A stretch of 29,675 nucleotides of DNA from Promethearchaeati archaeon (GTDB taxonomy: Archaea > Asgardarchaeota > Heimdallarchaeia > JABLTI01). The DNA is taken from contig JABLTI010000025.1 of assembly GCA_013166835.1 (NCBI GenBank), forward strand, positions 1 to 29,675. The letters run 5' to 3'. Under the pieces are notes generated by a model. That model did no database searches. It was not told where the DNA came from and saw only the letters and a list, made by a program, of their open reading frames with translations. Below, piece after piece: positions 16,987-26,404 of the stretch. A program made the translations under genes and the position numbers. Each line of letters opens with the position of its first letter. The stretch's first letter is position 1.

Positions 16987-17961
16987 TTATGCCCCCCTGA
17001 ATTTCTTGGTAAATCGTTTGATAATTAGATCTCCTGTAAGATTGACTACAAAAGTTATCATAAAGAGAACAATTGCTATGCCAAATAACGCATGAAATTG
17101 CGTGTCACCTTGTGCTGCTTCTCCAAGTTCTCGAGCAATAATTGCTGTTAATGGATCAACTGGAACAAGAATATTGAAAAACGGTTTTGGAATCTGCGAT
17201 GCTCCGCCAGCCACCATAAGTACAGCCATAGTTTCTCCTATAGCTCTTCCGAATGCTAGTATAACAGCAACAGTTATTCCTGATAAGGCAGCAGGTAAAA
17301 CTACTTTTCTTATTGTTTGCCATTTAGTCGCACCCAATGCAAGAGAGGCCTCCCGAAAAGAGCTTGGAACAGCTCGAATAGCATCATCTGTTATGGAAAC
17401 TATAGTTGGGATAACCATTATAGCTAAAATCAATCCGCCAGATAAGGCGTTTTCACCAGTTGGTAATCCAAAAATGTATTTGACTGCGGGAACTAGAATA
17501 AATAATCCGAAAAATCCGTAAACAATTGAAGGGATACTTGCGAGCATTTCGACTGATGGTTTTAGGATTTTCCTAATTCTCTGTGGGGCAATTTCTGACA
17601 TATAAATTGAACAAGAGATACTAATTGGAACCGCAACAACCATTGCTATCAAAACAACCATAACTGTGCCAATGATTCCATGAAGAATCCCATATTGATC
17701 TGCTGCTGGGTTCCAGCTTGTTCCAAAAAGGAATTTAATGAAACCAACTTCTGGAATAACTTGTAGACCATTAACTAGAATAAATATGAAAATAAGAATT
17801 ACAACAATAACAGAGATTCCAGCAAATAGCATTAAGACTATTCTTTGCCAACTAATTTTTTGTTTTCCAATTTCTAAAATAGAACCTTCTGAAGTACTCT
17901 CGTCTTCCTCTAATGACTCAATTGTTGGTTCTTCAATTGTTTCAATTTGATTTTGCGACAT
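16987..17961 (-). CDS. pstC: Phosphate ABC transporter permease PstC
   Basis: FLFGTSWNP, YGIL, EMLASIPSIVYG, REASLALGATKWQTI, GRAIGETMAVLMVAG. Confidence 0.96.
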   Translation of the reverse strand: MSQNQIETIEEPTIESLEEDESTSEGSILEIGKQKISWQRIVLMLFAGISVIVVILIFIFILVNGLQVIPEVGFIKFLFGTSWNPAADQYGILHGIIGTVMVVLIAMVVAVPISISCSIYMSEIAPQRIRKILKPSVEMLASIPSIVYGFFGLFILVPAVKYIFGLPTGENALSGGLILAIMVIPTIVSITDDAIRAVPSSFREASLALGATKWQTIRKVVLPAALSGITVAVILAFGRAIGETMAVLMVAGGASQIPKPFFNILVPVDPLTAIIARELGEAAQGDTQFHALFGIAIVLFMITFVVNLTGDLIIKRFTKKFRGA

Positions 17962-17988
17962 CGAGTAACCTCTGGAATCTTAGTGTTA

Positions 17989-18903
17989 TTATGTAAAAAC
18001 ATCATCAGTTGTTGGTGCTACATTGATGAAACCAGTTTCTAATACAAGATCTTGTCCTTCTGGACTCATAGACCAATTAATGAATTCATAAACCATACCT
18101 TCGGGCACCCCTAAGGTGATTAGAAATAGTTCTCTTTGAATAAAATAAGAATCATTGAGAACATTCTCTAGAGTTGGTTCAACACCATTTATAGTTACAG
18201 CTTTTACTGTTGAATCCAGGTAACCAAGGCCTATATAACCAACATAGTTCGAATTAGCTGCCACAGCATCTTTTATCAATTGATTACTGCTTTTTTGAAT
18301 GGCACTACTTACATACTCACTTCCAGGTTCGATTTGTGCACTATCTCCCATCACAAGTTCATTGAAAGCATCTCTAGTTCCAGAACCAGATTCTCTTACT
18401 ACAACTTGTATTGCTCCAGTTAATCCGGCTGATGCCACTAATGGATCAGACCAATCAGATATTGTACCATTAAATATTGCACGAGCAACATCAATAGTTA
18501 AATCTAAAGGATTTGCAGAAGCATGAGTTATAATTGTTAAAGCATCCTTTGCAAAGGCAACTGCATTTAGACTTCCATTTGCTGCAGTTTGCTCCGTATC
18601 TTTATACGGTCTGGAAGCCATTGCGATATCTGCTTGCTCATCTATTAATGCAGTTATACCAGAGCCTGTCCCGGAACCAGTAACTGAAATAATTACTCCA
18701 GAATGATATTCCGCAAATGCTTTGTATGTAGTATCAATTATTTTGAATACTGTATTAGAACCTTCGATGGTAATATAATGTGTTTCACCAGTATTATTAA
18801 CAGATTTTGCTAAAAACCAACTTGAAACAGCAGCAGCTGGTATTAGAATTATTAGGAAAAATACTAAACGATCTCTTTTTCTGGAGAATGACATTTTTTT
18901 CAT
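17989..18903 (-). CDS. pstS: Phosphate-binding protein PstS, N-terminal membrane anchor
   Basis: IEGSNTV, GSGTGSGI, DIAMASR, RESGSGTRDAF, GYIG, Y.IQREL. Start uncertain (TTG 18912, ATG 18903 or ATG 18894). Confidence 0.94.
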   Translation of the reverse strand: MKKMSFSRKRDRLVFFLIILIPAAAVSSWFLAKSVNNTGETHYITIEGSNTVFKIIDTTYKAFAEYHSGVIISVTGSGTGSGITALIDEQADIAMASRPYKDTEQTAANGSLNAVAFAKDALTIITHASANPLDLTIDVARAIFNGTISDWSDPLVASAGLTGAIQVVVRESGSGTRDAFNELVMGDSAQIEPGSEYVSSAIQKSSNQLIKDAVAANSNYVGYIGLGYLDSTVKAVTINGVEPTLENVLNDSYFIQRELFLITLGVPEGMVYEFINWSMSPEGQDLVLETGFINVAPTTDDVFT

Positions 18904-18946
18904 CCTTTGCAATTTTATTTTTCTTAAAGATTTGAAGAATTTTTAA

Positions 18947-19627
18947 TTACTCTATTTTTTCTCTTTCACTTGTAACTACATATTTGCTTTCTTCAACAAT
19001 GTTACAAGCATGGTCAGCAATCCTCTCAATATATCTCGTTGCTAGAATTAAACTGATTCCCGCTCTCACAAAGTCCGGATTCTTCTCCATAATTGAACCG
19101 ATTTCCATTATTATTTCATCGTGTTTGTTATCAACTTCATCATCTAATTTCTTCCAATCATTGAAATCAAGCACTTTTTTGTTAAGAAAAGCAGTCGTAC
19201 TCTCTTTGAACATGTTTAATGCAAGTTCACCTAATCCACCGATATCTGCTATGCATCCATTAAACATCTTCTTCTCTCTATCAACAAATTCAGAGCTATG
19301 AGCAATATGAACAGCATCATGGGCACAACGATGGATTTCATGCCCAATTTTTATGCTAGAAATAATGTATCTTAAATCACTTGCAAAAGGCTGATGTAGA
19401 GCAAGACTACTAAGAGCGGAACTATCTAAATCATTGAATAGTGTATGGATTTTACTAACGTCTCTTTGTAGCTTCTTGTATGCTTTTTCATCATCCTCTA
19501 AAAGAGCTTTAACACCTTTATCTATCATCTTTGCAACTAATTTTGAAAGTTTGGAAACATGTCCTGTTAATTCATTCATTAGTTCTTTAAATCGTATAGT
19601 TCCACCAAATTTTTCTTTTAGATCCAT
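18947..19627 (-). CDS. phoU: Phosphate uptake regulator PhoU
   Basis: ALHQPFASDLR, LDDEVD, RYIERIADHACNIVE. Confidence 0.95.
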   Translation of the reverse strand: MDLKEKFGGTIRFKELMNELTGHVSKLSKLVAKMIDKGVKALLEDDEKAYKKLQRDVSKIHTLFNDLDSSALSSLALHQPFASDLRYIISSIKIGHEIHRCAHDAVHIAHSSEFVDREKKMFNGCIADIGGLGELALNMFKESTTAFLNKKVLDFNDWKKLDDEVDNKHDEIIMEIGSIMEKNPDFVRAGISLILATRYIERIADHACNIVEESKYVVTSEREKIE

Positions 19628-19628
19628 T

Positions 19629-20516
19629 TTATCCGAATCTCCCTGAGATGTATTCTTCAGTCATTTTTCGTTCCGGTGAACTGAATATCTTCTTGGTTCT
19701 ATTAAATTCAATAAGTTCTCCAAGATTAAAGAAGGCAGTGTAATCAGAAACACGAGCAGCTTGTTGCATATTGTGTGTAACAATAACAACAGTGTATTCT
19801 TCCTTCAACTTAGTAATAAGATCCTCAATTTTTGCAGTAGCATGGGGATCTAAGGCACTGCAAGGTTCGTCAAATAATATTACTTCAGGTTCTACAGACA
19901 ATGCTCGGGCAATGCATAATCGTTGCTGTTGTCCCCCAGACAAAGATAAAGCAGTATCACCTAAACGATCTTTCACTTCTGTCCACAAGACAGCTTTTCT
20001 TAAACACCCTTCAATTATCCTTGGAAATTCTTTTTCATTTATCCCATGAACATATGGTCCATAAGCAATGTTATTCTCTATTGACATAGCAAAAGGATTT
20101 GCTTTCTGGAAAACCATTCCAATTCTTTTTCGTAATTGATTCAAATCTACATTTTTTTCGTAAATATCTTGATCATCAAGTAATACTTGACCGGCAATTC
20201 TTGCAGAACTAATTAAATCATTCATTCTGTTCAAGTCGCGCAAGAAAGTTGATTTCCCGCAGCCAGAAGCACCAATAATTGCTGTCACCCTGTTTTTAAA
20301 CATTGGAAGAGAAATACCAGAAAGAACTTGTTTGTCACCATACCAATGAGACAAATTGATTGTTTCCATTTTTAGTTCATGAGTTCTAATTAATTCCTCA
20401 CTCACAATTTCGTGTTCATCTGTTAGTTCACTAGCAATTTTGATAGCAATAGCAGCATCTTTTTCACGATCGAGTTTTTGTTTAGTTATCAATACCTCAT
20501 CGTCGCCATTTGACAA
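19629..20516 (-). CDS. pstB: Phosphate ABC transporter ATPase PstB
   Basis: [72 protein letters not shown]; TTG start with GGTGA RBS (20522-20526). Confidence 0.97.
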   Translation of the reverse strand: MSNGDDEVLITKQKLDREKDAAIAIKIASELTDEHEIVSEELIRTHELKMETINLSHWYGDKQVLSGISLPMFKNRVTAIIGASGCGKSTFLRDLNRMNDLISSARIAGQVLLDDQDIYEKNVDLNQLRKRIGMVFQKANPFAMSIENNIAYGPYVHGINEKEFPRIIEGCLRKAVLWTEVKDRLGDTALSLSGGQQQRLCIARALSVEPEVILFDEPCSALDPHATAKIEDLITKLKEEYTVVIVTHNMQQAARVSDYTAFFNLGELIEFNRTKKIFSSPERKMTEEYISGRFG

Positions 20517-20551
20517 TCAATTCACCATTAATTATAATCGATTGCGTATAT

Positions 20552-20570
20552 GCTTTAAAATCTTTTATTC
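20552..20570 (-). promoter_or_regulatory. Putative BRE-TATA promoter of the pst operon
   Basis: Minus strand GAATAAAAGA-TTTTAAAGC about 37 nt upstream of the pstB TTG. Confidence 0.5.
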
Positions 20571-20701
20571 ACATTATTTAGCATAACATATTTTTAAAAA
20601 ATCAGTAAATAGTCGAAAGGAAATTGTTTTTTCAACGAATCTTTTCAAAAAAGAGAATTTTTTTAAAAAATAGTTTTAAGTCATTTTTCAGATGTTTATC
20701 C

Positions 20702-22882
20702 ATGTCAGAACAAAAAAGGAATAAAAAAAGAGTATTAGCTGTTGAAGATCTTTTCAAATTGAAACAAATAGGAGAACCTACATTTAGACCAGGAACTACC
20801 GAAGTATATTACACAATTGCACAAGCAAATGAAAAGGAGAATAGTTACAGAAGAGCCATTTGGCGATTTAAAGAACACTCACAACAATTCACCCAAGGTC
20901 TTACAAGTGATTTTTCAATAAAATGTTCACCTAATGGTGAAACACTTGCATTTGTTTCTATACGAGGTGCTCCGGGGCAGGATGATAAAGGTGTAAAACC
21001 AACCCCCCAGATATATGTCATGCCGTTCACTGGTGGCGAAGCTGTACAACTGACTTCTGTAGAAAATGGTGTTACAGATTTCAATTGGAGTAAGGATAGT
21101 AAGAAAATAGTTTTCATTAGTCGGTTGAATAAAGAAGAACTTGAGAAACCCTCTCCAGATAAATTAAGGAAAATGGATTCCGATGATCTAGCATTGCTTG
21201 AAATGAAAAAAAAGCAAAATGAGAAAGTAAAAGTTGATCCGAGAGTGATTAGAAGAGCAGATTATCTTTTAGATACTACTTTTCGAGATGATCGTAACGG
21301 TCAGATTTTCGTTATTGACCTAAAATCTAAGAAGACAAAACGATGGACTAACAATACTGATTTTGATATACAACAAGCATTTCTTGCTCTTGATAATTCG
21401 TATGTATTTTCAGTTAGACAAAAAGCGGAAGAAGATGATGAAACTCGAAATTATGAATTATTGAAAATAACAGAAGAAGGAAAAATCTCTATTATTACAG
21501 AAATTCAAAGTTGGGGTTTAACTAGTTGGGGGTGGACAAGTGCTCCGCTTGATCTTTCCCCAGATGACAAATATATAGCAATGAATCTCTTGGACAAAGA
21601 GAAAAAGGCATTAGGTTTTACCCAAGTGGTTCTCATTAATGTTGAAGATGGTTCTCAGAAAATCTTAGCTGAAGAAGTTGATGCAGAGAAATTCTTGTTA
21701 AAATGGTCTCAAGATAACAAATATCTCTACTTCCAGGTAGAGGAAAAAAGTGTTTGTGGAATTTGGCGGATAAATATTGACGAAAATAAGACTGAGCAAA
21801 TAGTTGGAGGGATAAAATACATTCTAGGATATGATCTCTCCAAAGATGGAGAATGGTTAACTTATCAAGCATATCAAGTAACTGATCCCTCAATGCTATA
21901 TAGATATCACATACCATCAAAAACAGAGGAGCTTTTACACGCTCCAAACGAGGAGTTCTTAAATAAAATCCAACTCGGAAAAACAGAAGAAATCTGGTTT
22001 AATGGTTACGAAGACGATTACAAAATTAATGGTTGGATTCTTAGACCACCGGGTTTCAGTTCAGAGAAAGAGTATCCCTTAGCATTAAACATTCACGGAG
22101 GTCCACATGTAATGTGGACACCTCATCAAAGTATTCCATTGTTTCATGAATTCCAACTATTAGCTGCTGAAGGTTATGTAGTCATATATTGTAATCCTCG
22201 AGGTAGCGGTGGGTACGGATCAGAGTTCCGTATCGCAATTGAGAAAGAATGGGGTGAAAAAGCATCAAAAGATATCCTTCTTGGAGTTGAGCATGTGGTG
22301 GAAAAAGGATTCATTGATAAAAAACGCATGGGAATCACTGGCGGATCTTACGGTGGATATATGACAAGTTGGGTTATTGGACATGATGATCGTTTTGCTG
22401 TAGCTGTTGCTCAACGAGGAGTGTATTCATTACCACAACTTTGGAGAACAACCATTGCGAGAAAACTACTTGACGATGAATTTGGTGGAGGACCACTTGA
22501 AGAACGAGATTTACTCTGGAAAAATTCACCATTAGCATATGCGAAGAATGTCAAGACCCCACTCTTAATTATTCATGCAGAGAAAGATTTTCGAGCACCA
22601 ATGGCTGATGCTGAAGCACTTTTCACTACTATAAGAATTGCTAATCCAAATCTAGACCTTGAATTTGTGAGATATCCTAGGGAAGGTCATGAGCTTTCTA
22701 GAAGTGGTGAACCATTACATCGAATTGACAGGTTGAAACGTATTGTTGGTTGGTTTGACAAATATTGCCAACCCAAGAAGGTTAAAGACATAGAGAAACA
22801 AGAACTTGCCCGTTCAAAAGCTAAAGAATCCATGCGAAAACTCCAAGGAAAAATGTTTGAAAGCAAGAAAAAGAAACAATAA
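20702..22882 (+). CDS. S9-family (acylaminoacyl/prolyl oligo-) peptidase with beta-propeller
   Basis: SPNG/WSKD/LSPD propeller repeats, IHGGP, NPRGS.GYG, nucleophile GGSYGG, HAEKDFR, EGHELSRSG. ATG 20702 preferred over TTG 20624. Confidence 0.95.
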   Translation: MSEQKRNKKRVLAVEDLFKLKQIGEPTFRPGTTEVYYTIAQANEKENSYRRAIWRFKEHSQQFTQGLTSDFSIKCSPNGETLAFVSIRGAPGQDDKGVKPTPQIYVMPFTGGEAVQLTSVENGVTDFNWSKDSKKIVFISRLNKEELEKPSPDKLRKMDSDDLALLEMKKKQNEKVKVDPRVIRRADYLLDTTFRDDRNGQIFVIDLKSKKTKRWTNNTDFDIQQAFLALDNSYVFSVRQKAEEDDETRNYELLKITEEGKISIITEIQSWGLTSWGWTSAPLDLSPDDKYIAMNLLDKEKKALGFTQVVLINVEDGSQKILAEEVDAEKFLLKWSQDNKYLYFQVEEKSVCGIWRINIDENKTEQIVGGIKYILGYDLSKDGEWLTYQAYQVTDPSMLYRYHIPSKTEELLHAPNEEFLNKIQLGKTEEIWFNGYEDDYKINGWILRPPGFSSEKEYPLALNIHGGPHVMWTPHQSIPLFHEFQLLAAEGYVVIYCNPRGSGGYGSEFRIAIEKEWGEKASKDILLGVEHVVEKGFIDKKRMGITGGSYGGYMTSWVIGHDDRFAVAVAQRGVYSLPQLWRTTIARKLLDDEFGGGPLEERDLLWKNSPLAYAKNVKTPLLIIHAEKDFRAPMADAEALFTTIRIANPNLDLEFVRYPREGHELSRSGEPLHRIDRLKRIVGWFDKYCQPKKVKDIEKQELARSKAKESMRKLQGKMFESKKKKQ

Positions 22883-23088
22883 AAAATGCTGAAATCGAGA
22901 CAAATGATTATTTAGAAAAACCTTGTCTGCCAAGAATCATTAAGAATTGTGAACTTAAAATATATTACAACACAATCTATTGAAATGAAGGAACTTTAGA
23001 ATCTATGGTTTTTCGGATTTAGTTTTTATCTTTTAAATAGGTGTTATTTTCTATGATAATACACAATACTATTCTTAGATGAAGAATT

Positions 23089-24027
23089 GTGTTTAGTGTT
23101 GCTGGTTTTCTAATCACTATGCGTGAATCAATTGAGGCTGCTTTGATAATTGGTATTCTATTAACCTACCTAAGTAAAATGGGACATAAGGAATTAAGAA
23201 AAGACATCTGGTTAGGAACAATTGCAGCTATTCTTACTTCAGTTGGTGCTGCAATGTTGTTTTACTTTGTCCTTGGTGGATTTGAGCAATACGAGGAAAT
23301 AATCGAAGGTTTTGCTATGATAATTGCAGCAATAATTCTTACATGGGTTATTATTTGGATGATGAAAACGGGCAAAGATATGAAAGGAAAACTTGAGGAT
23401 CGAATTGAGCTAACAATTAGTAAAGAGAAACGCTTTGGTTTAATATTTCTAGCTTTTATCTCTGTATTTAGAGAGGGTATTGAGACTGTTTTGTTTATGG
23501 TAGGTGTGGTTACTGTAGAAACAAATGTTTGGGCAATCATTTGGTCAAGTATCGCAGGCATTGCAGTTTCTGTGGTAATTGCAATTGCGCTCTTTTGGTC
23601 TGGTCAAAAAATCAATTTAAAACATTTCTTCAATATAACTAGTGTAATCTTGATTATTTTCGCAGCAGGATTATTTGCTCATGGATTACATGAATTCCAA
23701 GAAATTGGATGGTTCGGTTCTGAAGACTTCTTTTTCCAAAGAATCGTTTGGGATACGAGTGCCGTTCTCAATGATAAGACAATGGAACTAGGAAAATTCC
23801 TCAGAGCACTTGTTGGTTATCAAGACAAACCCACGCGGCTAGAGTTGATTTCTTATGTTACGTATGTGATTGGTGCTAGTATAGGAATTATCTTGATTAA
23901 ACGTCCAGGAAGAAAAGACAAGCAAGAAGTTGAGGAAGAAGAAACTGATGAAATCTCCATAGAAAAAACCTTGGATCCTTTACCAAGTGAGACATCTATA
24001 GAGGAAGCAGTAAAGACTAATTACTAA
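23089..24027 (+). CDS. FTR1/EfeU-family iron permease
   Basis: Two RExxE motifs (RESIE, REGIE), about 7 TM, AAGLFAHGLHEFQE, ALVGY; GTG start. Confidence 0.93.
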   Translation: MFSVAGFLITMRESIEAALIIGILLTYLSKMGHKELRKDIWLGTIAAILTSVGAAMLFYFVLGGFEQYEEIIEGFAMIIAAIILTWVIIWMMKTGKDMKGKLEDRIELTISKEKRFGLIFLAFISVFREGIETVLFMVGVVTVETNVWAIIWSSIAGIAVSVVIAIALFWSGQKINLKHFFNITSVILIIFAAGLFAHGLHEFQEIGWFGSEDFFFQRIVWDTSAVLNDKTMELGKFLRALVGYQDKPTRLELISYVTYVIGASIGIILIKRPGRKDKQEVEEEETDEISIEKTLDPLPSETSIEEAVKTNY

Positions 24028-24038
24028 CCTTAAAGACT

Positions 24039-25130
24039 TCATTGACTAGCTCTATTCTTAATCGCTAAAATCTGACCTCGAGAGAAGACTTCCTTTGTCA
24101 TTCTTTTAGTTAATTCCTCTGGTATTTTTCCTTTTGATATAATTTCTTTGCCAGCTTGTTTTATAGCTTCAAAGACTGGTGCGTATAAGGGTTGTAAGTT
24201 AGGAATAAACATCATCCAAGTAGCTGGTAAGAGTATTTCACCGAGATATGTCAAGTGCATGTTTTTACAAATTTCTTTGACATGCTCAACCATAGGATGA
24301 AAATTATCCATCTCGGAATAACCGCAAGGAGATAACAAAACGAGATGGGGCATCTTCGGATACCTCACAGGATGCCTATTGTGATTATCTATTATGATGA
24401 ATTCAGGATCTAGAATACTTATTGTTCTATCAAAGTAATTTTTTAATGCTCCTGGAAGACCATCAGCATAAACTGGAGTAGCTAGGATCATTAAATCATA
24501 TTCATGCATTTTATGGATGAGTTCATTAACATCATCATCATGAACGCATTTCTTATCTTTCCCTTCCCAGCAAGTGAAACAACCGTTACAAGTTTTATTT
24601 TCCAAATCTGGTAAGTAGACAGTATCTACTTCGCATTCACTTTCATCTAATCCTTGCTTAAGAATTGAATAAAGAAAACTTGTTGCACCTTTTTTCCTAG
24701 GAGAGCCAATTAAACCTAAAACTTTTCGAGGTTTAGTCCATTTCCCATCTCGTATTTCCTTTTCGTTTTCAGTTAATGAATAATTTTTAATTTCCATCTG
24801 TATTCCTTCTGGATCACCAGAGAAATATTTCTCAAATTTTTCAAGTGTTTTATCATCACCTTCAACAACTAATTTACCACTAGAAATTGCTTCTTCAATC
24901 AAAAGGTCCTTCGATAAGATAGCAATCCAATCTTTTGTTGTAGTAGTGATTTTTACAGAATGATTCTCAGGTTTCCCATCAATAAATTGACATTTTCCCT
25001 GACTAATCGCAAGAGCACAAGCTTCATCCTTTTTATCACTAAAATCAAAGAAATATATTTCTTCCACATTTTTTGCTTCTATAATATTCAAAATCAATGG
25101 CCAAACTTGCATAATTTTCTTCATGAGCAT
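24039..25130 (-). CDS. SCP2-like domain fused to an iron-sulfur flavoprotein (Isf / FMN reductase)
   Basis: N-terminal ITTTTKDW..I......EAISSGKLVVEGD (SCP2-like); C-terminal GSPRKKGAT, CNGCFTCW...KC, DD, ATPVY, LKNYFDR. Start at 25130 or 25124. Confidence 0.88.
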   Translation of the reverse strand: MLMKKIMQVWPLILNIIEAKNVEEIYFFDFSDKKDEACALAISQGKCQFIDGKPENHSVKITTTTKDWIAILSKDLLIEEAISSGKLVVEGDDKTLEKFEKYFSGDPEGIQMEIKNYSLTENEKEIRDGKWTKPRKVLGLIGSPRKKGATSFLYSILKQGLDESECEVDTVYLPDLENKTCNGCFTCWEGKDKKCVHDDDVNELIHKMHEYDLMILATPVYADGLPGALKNYFDRTISILDPEFIIIDNHNRHPVRYPKMPHLVLLSPCGYSEMDNFHPMVEHVKEICKNMHLTYLGEILLPATWMMFIPNLQPLYAPVFEAIKQAGKEIISKGKIPEELTKRMTKEVFSRGQILAIKNRASQ

Positions 25131-25185
25131 CCCTAGAATACAATTGACGATTAATAATATAAATGATTATTAATTAGAAAATAAA

Positions 25186-25293
25186 TGGCAGGCCCGGAGG
25201 GATTTGAACCCTCGACCCCCTACTTTTTTCGAAGGAAGTAGCTACTTGCCTTCTTAGAAGGCAGGTGCGCTGTCCTAACTGCGCTACGGGCCT
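25186..25293 (-). tRNA. tRNA-Arg(TCT) with a 30-nt intron at 37/38 (25225-25254) and encoded CCA
   Basis: AGGCCCG/CGGGCCT acceptor stem, GCGC D-stem with A20, CCTGC/GTAGG anticodon stem, TCT at 25256-25258, GAGGG-TTCAAAT-CCCTC T arm, GCCA end; 78 nt after intron removal; relaxed BHB motif. Confidence 0.95.
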
Positions 25294-25524
25294 AAGAATT
25301 AAATTCTTTAGTAGTTTTTTCCTCTCTTTTTCTGTTTAAAATACTTATGGTGAGAAGAATAAAATATAGATTTTCCTTAAAGTGGATTAACTCAAATACT
25401 AATGCCTACGATTATAAAGCAATTAACAATTTCTATCATAAATAATCCCTAGAAGAAAATGTCTTTATTATAAAATAAGGCACAATTATTAATATCTATA
25501 TAACAAATGATTTTTGTGAAGATA

Positions 25525-26277
25525 ATGACTCCAAAACTCAAAAAGCGAAGACGAATTCTTTTAGGATTGATTCCAGTTTATGTAATTATTATTCTATTAG
25601 TTGGCTCTTTAATTTTCTTATCACAATCTTACAAACCCATGACTGAAGCATATACAGCTCTGAATTCAAATGAAGATGTTACAATTACTAATGGAAAAGA
25701 TTGGATCACATTTATTCCAACAGAAAATGCTTCAACAACAGGCTTCATTTTTTACCCCGGTGGAAATGTAGAACCAGAATCTTATGCAATAATTGCTCGA
25801 AATATTGCACTAAATAATTATACCGTTATTATTATTAAAATGCCATTTGATTTAGCGATTTTTTCTCCAAAGAAAGGAGAAAAAGTTATGGCTCTATATC
25901 CCGAAATTACTTCATGGATTATTGGTGGTCATTCGTTAGGTGGAGCAATGAGTTCTCGGTTTGTTTATGATGAACCTGAATTATTTTCAGGATTAATATT
26001 GCTTGCTTCTTATCCAGCTGATTCAAATAACTTATCAAATTATAATCTACCAGTATTGTCGATTTATGGTTCATTAGATGGTATAATTAGTACACCAATA
26101 CCAGATACACTTAGTTTATTGCCAGTAAATACAACTTTATTTGAGATAGTTGGTGGAAATCATGCTTACTTTGGTTCATATGGTGAACAAAAAGGAGATA
26201 ATACAGCAACTATCACTCGAGCAGATCAACAAAATCAGACAGTTATAGCAATATTAGATTTTTTGTTGGTTAATTAA
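25525..26277 (+). CDS. Membrane-anchored alpha/beta hydrolase (Abhydrolase_5-like carboxylesterase)
   Basis: N-terminal TM, FIFYPGG.V...Y, GGHSLGG, YGSLDG, GGNHAYFGSYGEQKGD. ATG 25525 (GTGA RBS) or 25507. Confidence 0.9.
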   Translation: MTPKLKKRRRILLGLIPVYVIIILLVGSLIFLSQSYKPMTEAYTALNSNEDVTITNGKDWITFIPTENASTTGFIFYPGGNVEPESYAIIARNIALNNYTVIIIKMPFDLAIFSPKKGEKVMALYPEITSWIIGGHSLGGAMSSRFVYDEPELFSGLILLASYPADSNNLSNYNLPVLSIYGSLDGIISTPIPDTLSLLPVNTTLFEIVGGNHAYFGSYGEQKGDNTATITRADQQNQTVIAILDFLLVN

Positions 26278-26404
26278 AACTAATTCTAAAAATTTTCATT
26301 ATAATTATTAAAATTGACATAAGAGATTTCGCTAATTTTTTATTCAAAAAATTGTTCAAATAATAATAAAACGGAAAAAGAAGGAATAGAGAACTATTCT
26401 TTCT

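Noticed and set aside
16320-17345. Similar DNA at ~16327-16360 and ~17311-17345 (ATTGTTTGCCATTTAGT)
   Set aside because: It encodes the conserved EAA loop (ALGATKWQTIR) shared by the paralogs PstA and PstC; not a mobile or regulatory repeat.
20624-20701. Basic/Phe-rich leader on the S9 peptidase resembling a targeting peptide
   Set aside because: It is translated AT-rich promoter DNA; ATG 20702 is the more plausible start.
22883-23088. Possible Fur/DtxR box or small RNA upstream of FTR1
   Set aside because: Only weak imperfect palindromes (TAGAATCTA; GTGT...ACAC); no convincing consensus or GC-rich structure.
25186-25293. tRNA as integration site of a genomic island; alternatively a long-variable-arm tRNA
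   Set aside because: No integrase or duplicated tRNA 3' end was seen in the window; the extra 30 nt lie in the anticodon loop with BHB geometry, not in the variable arm.
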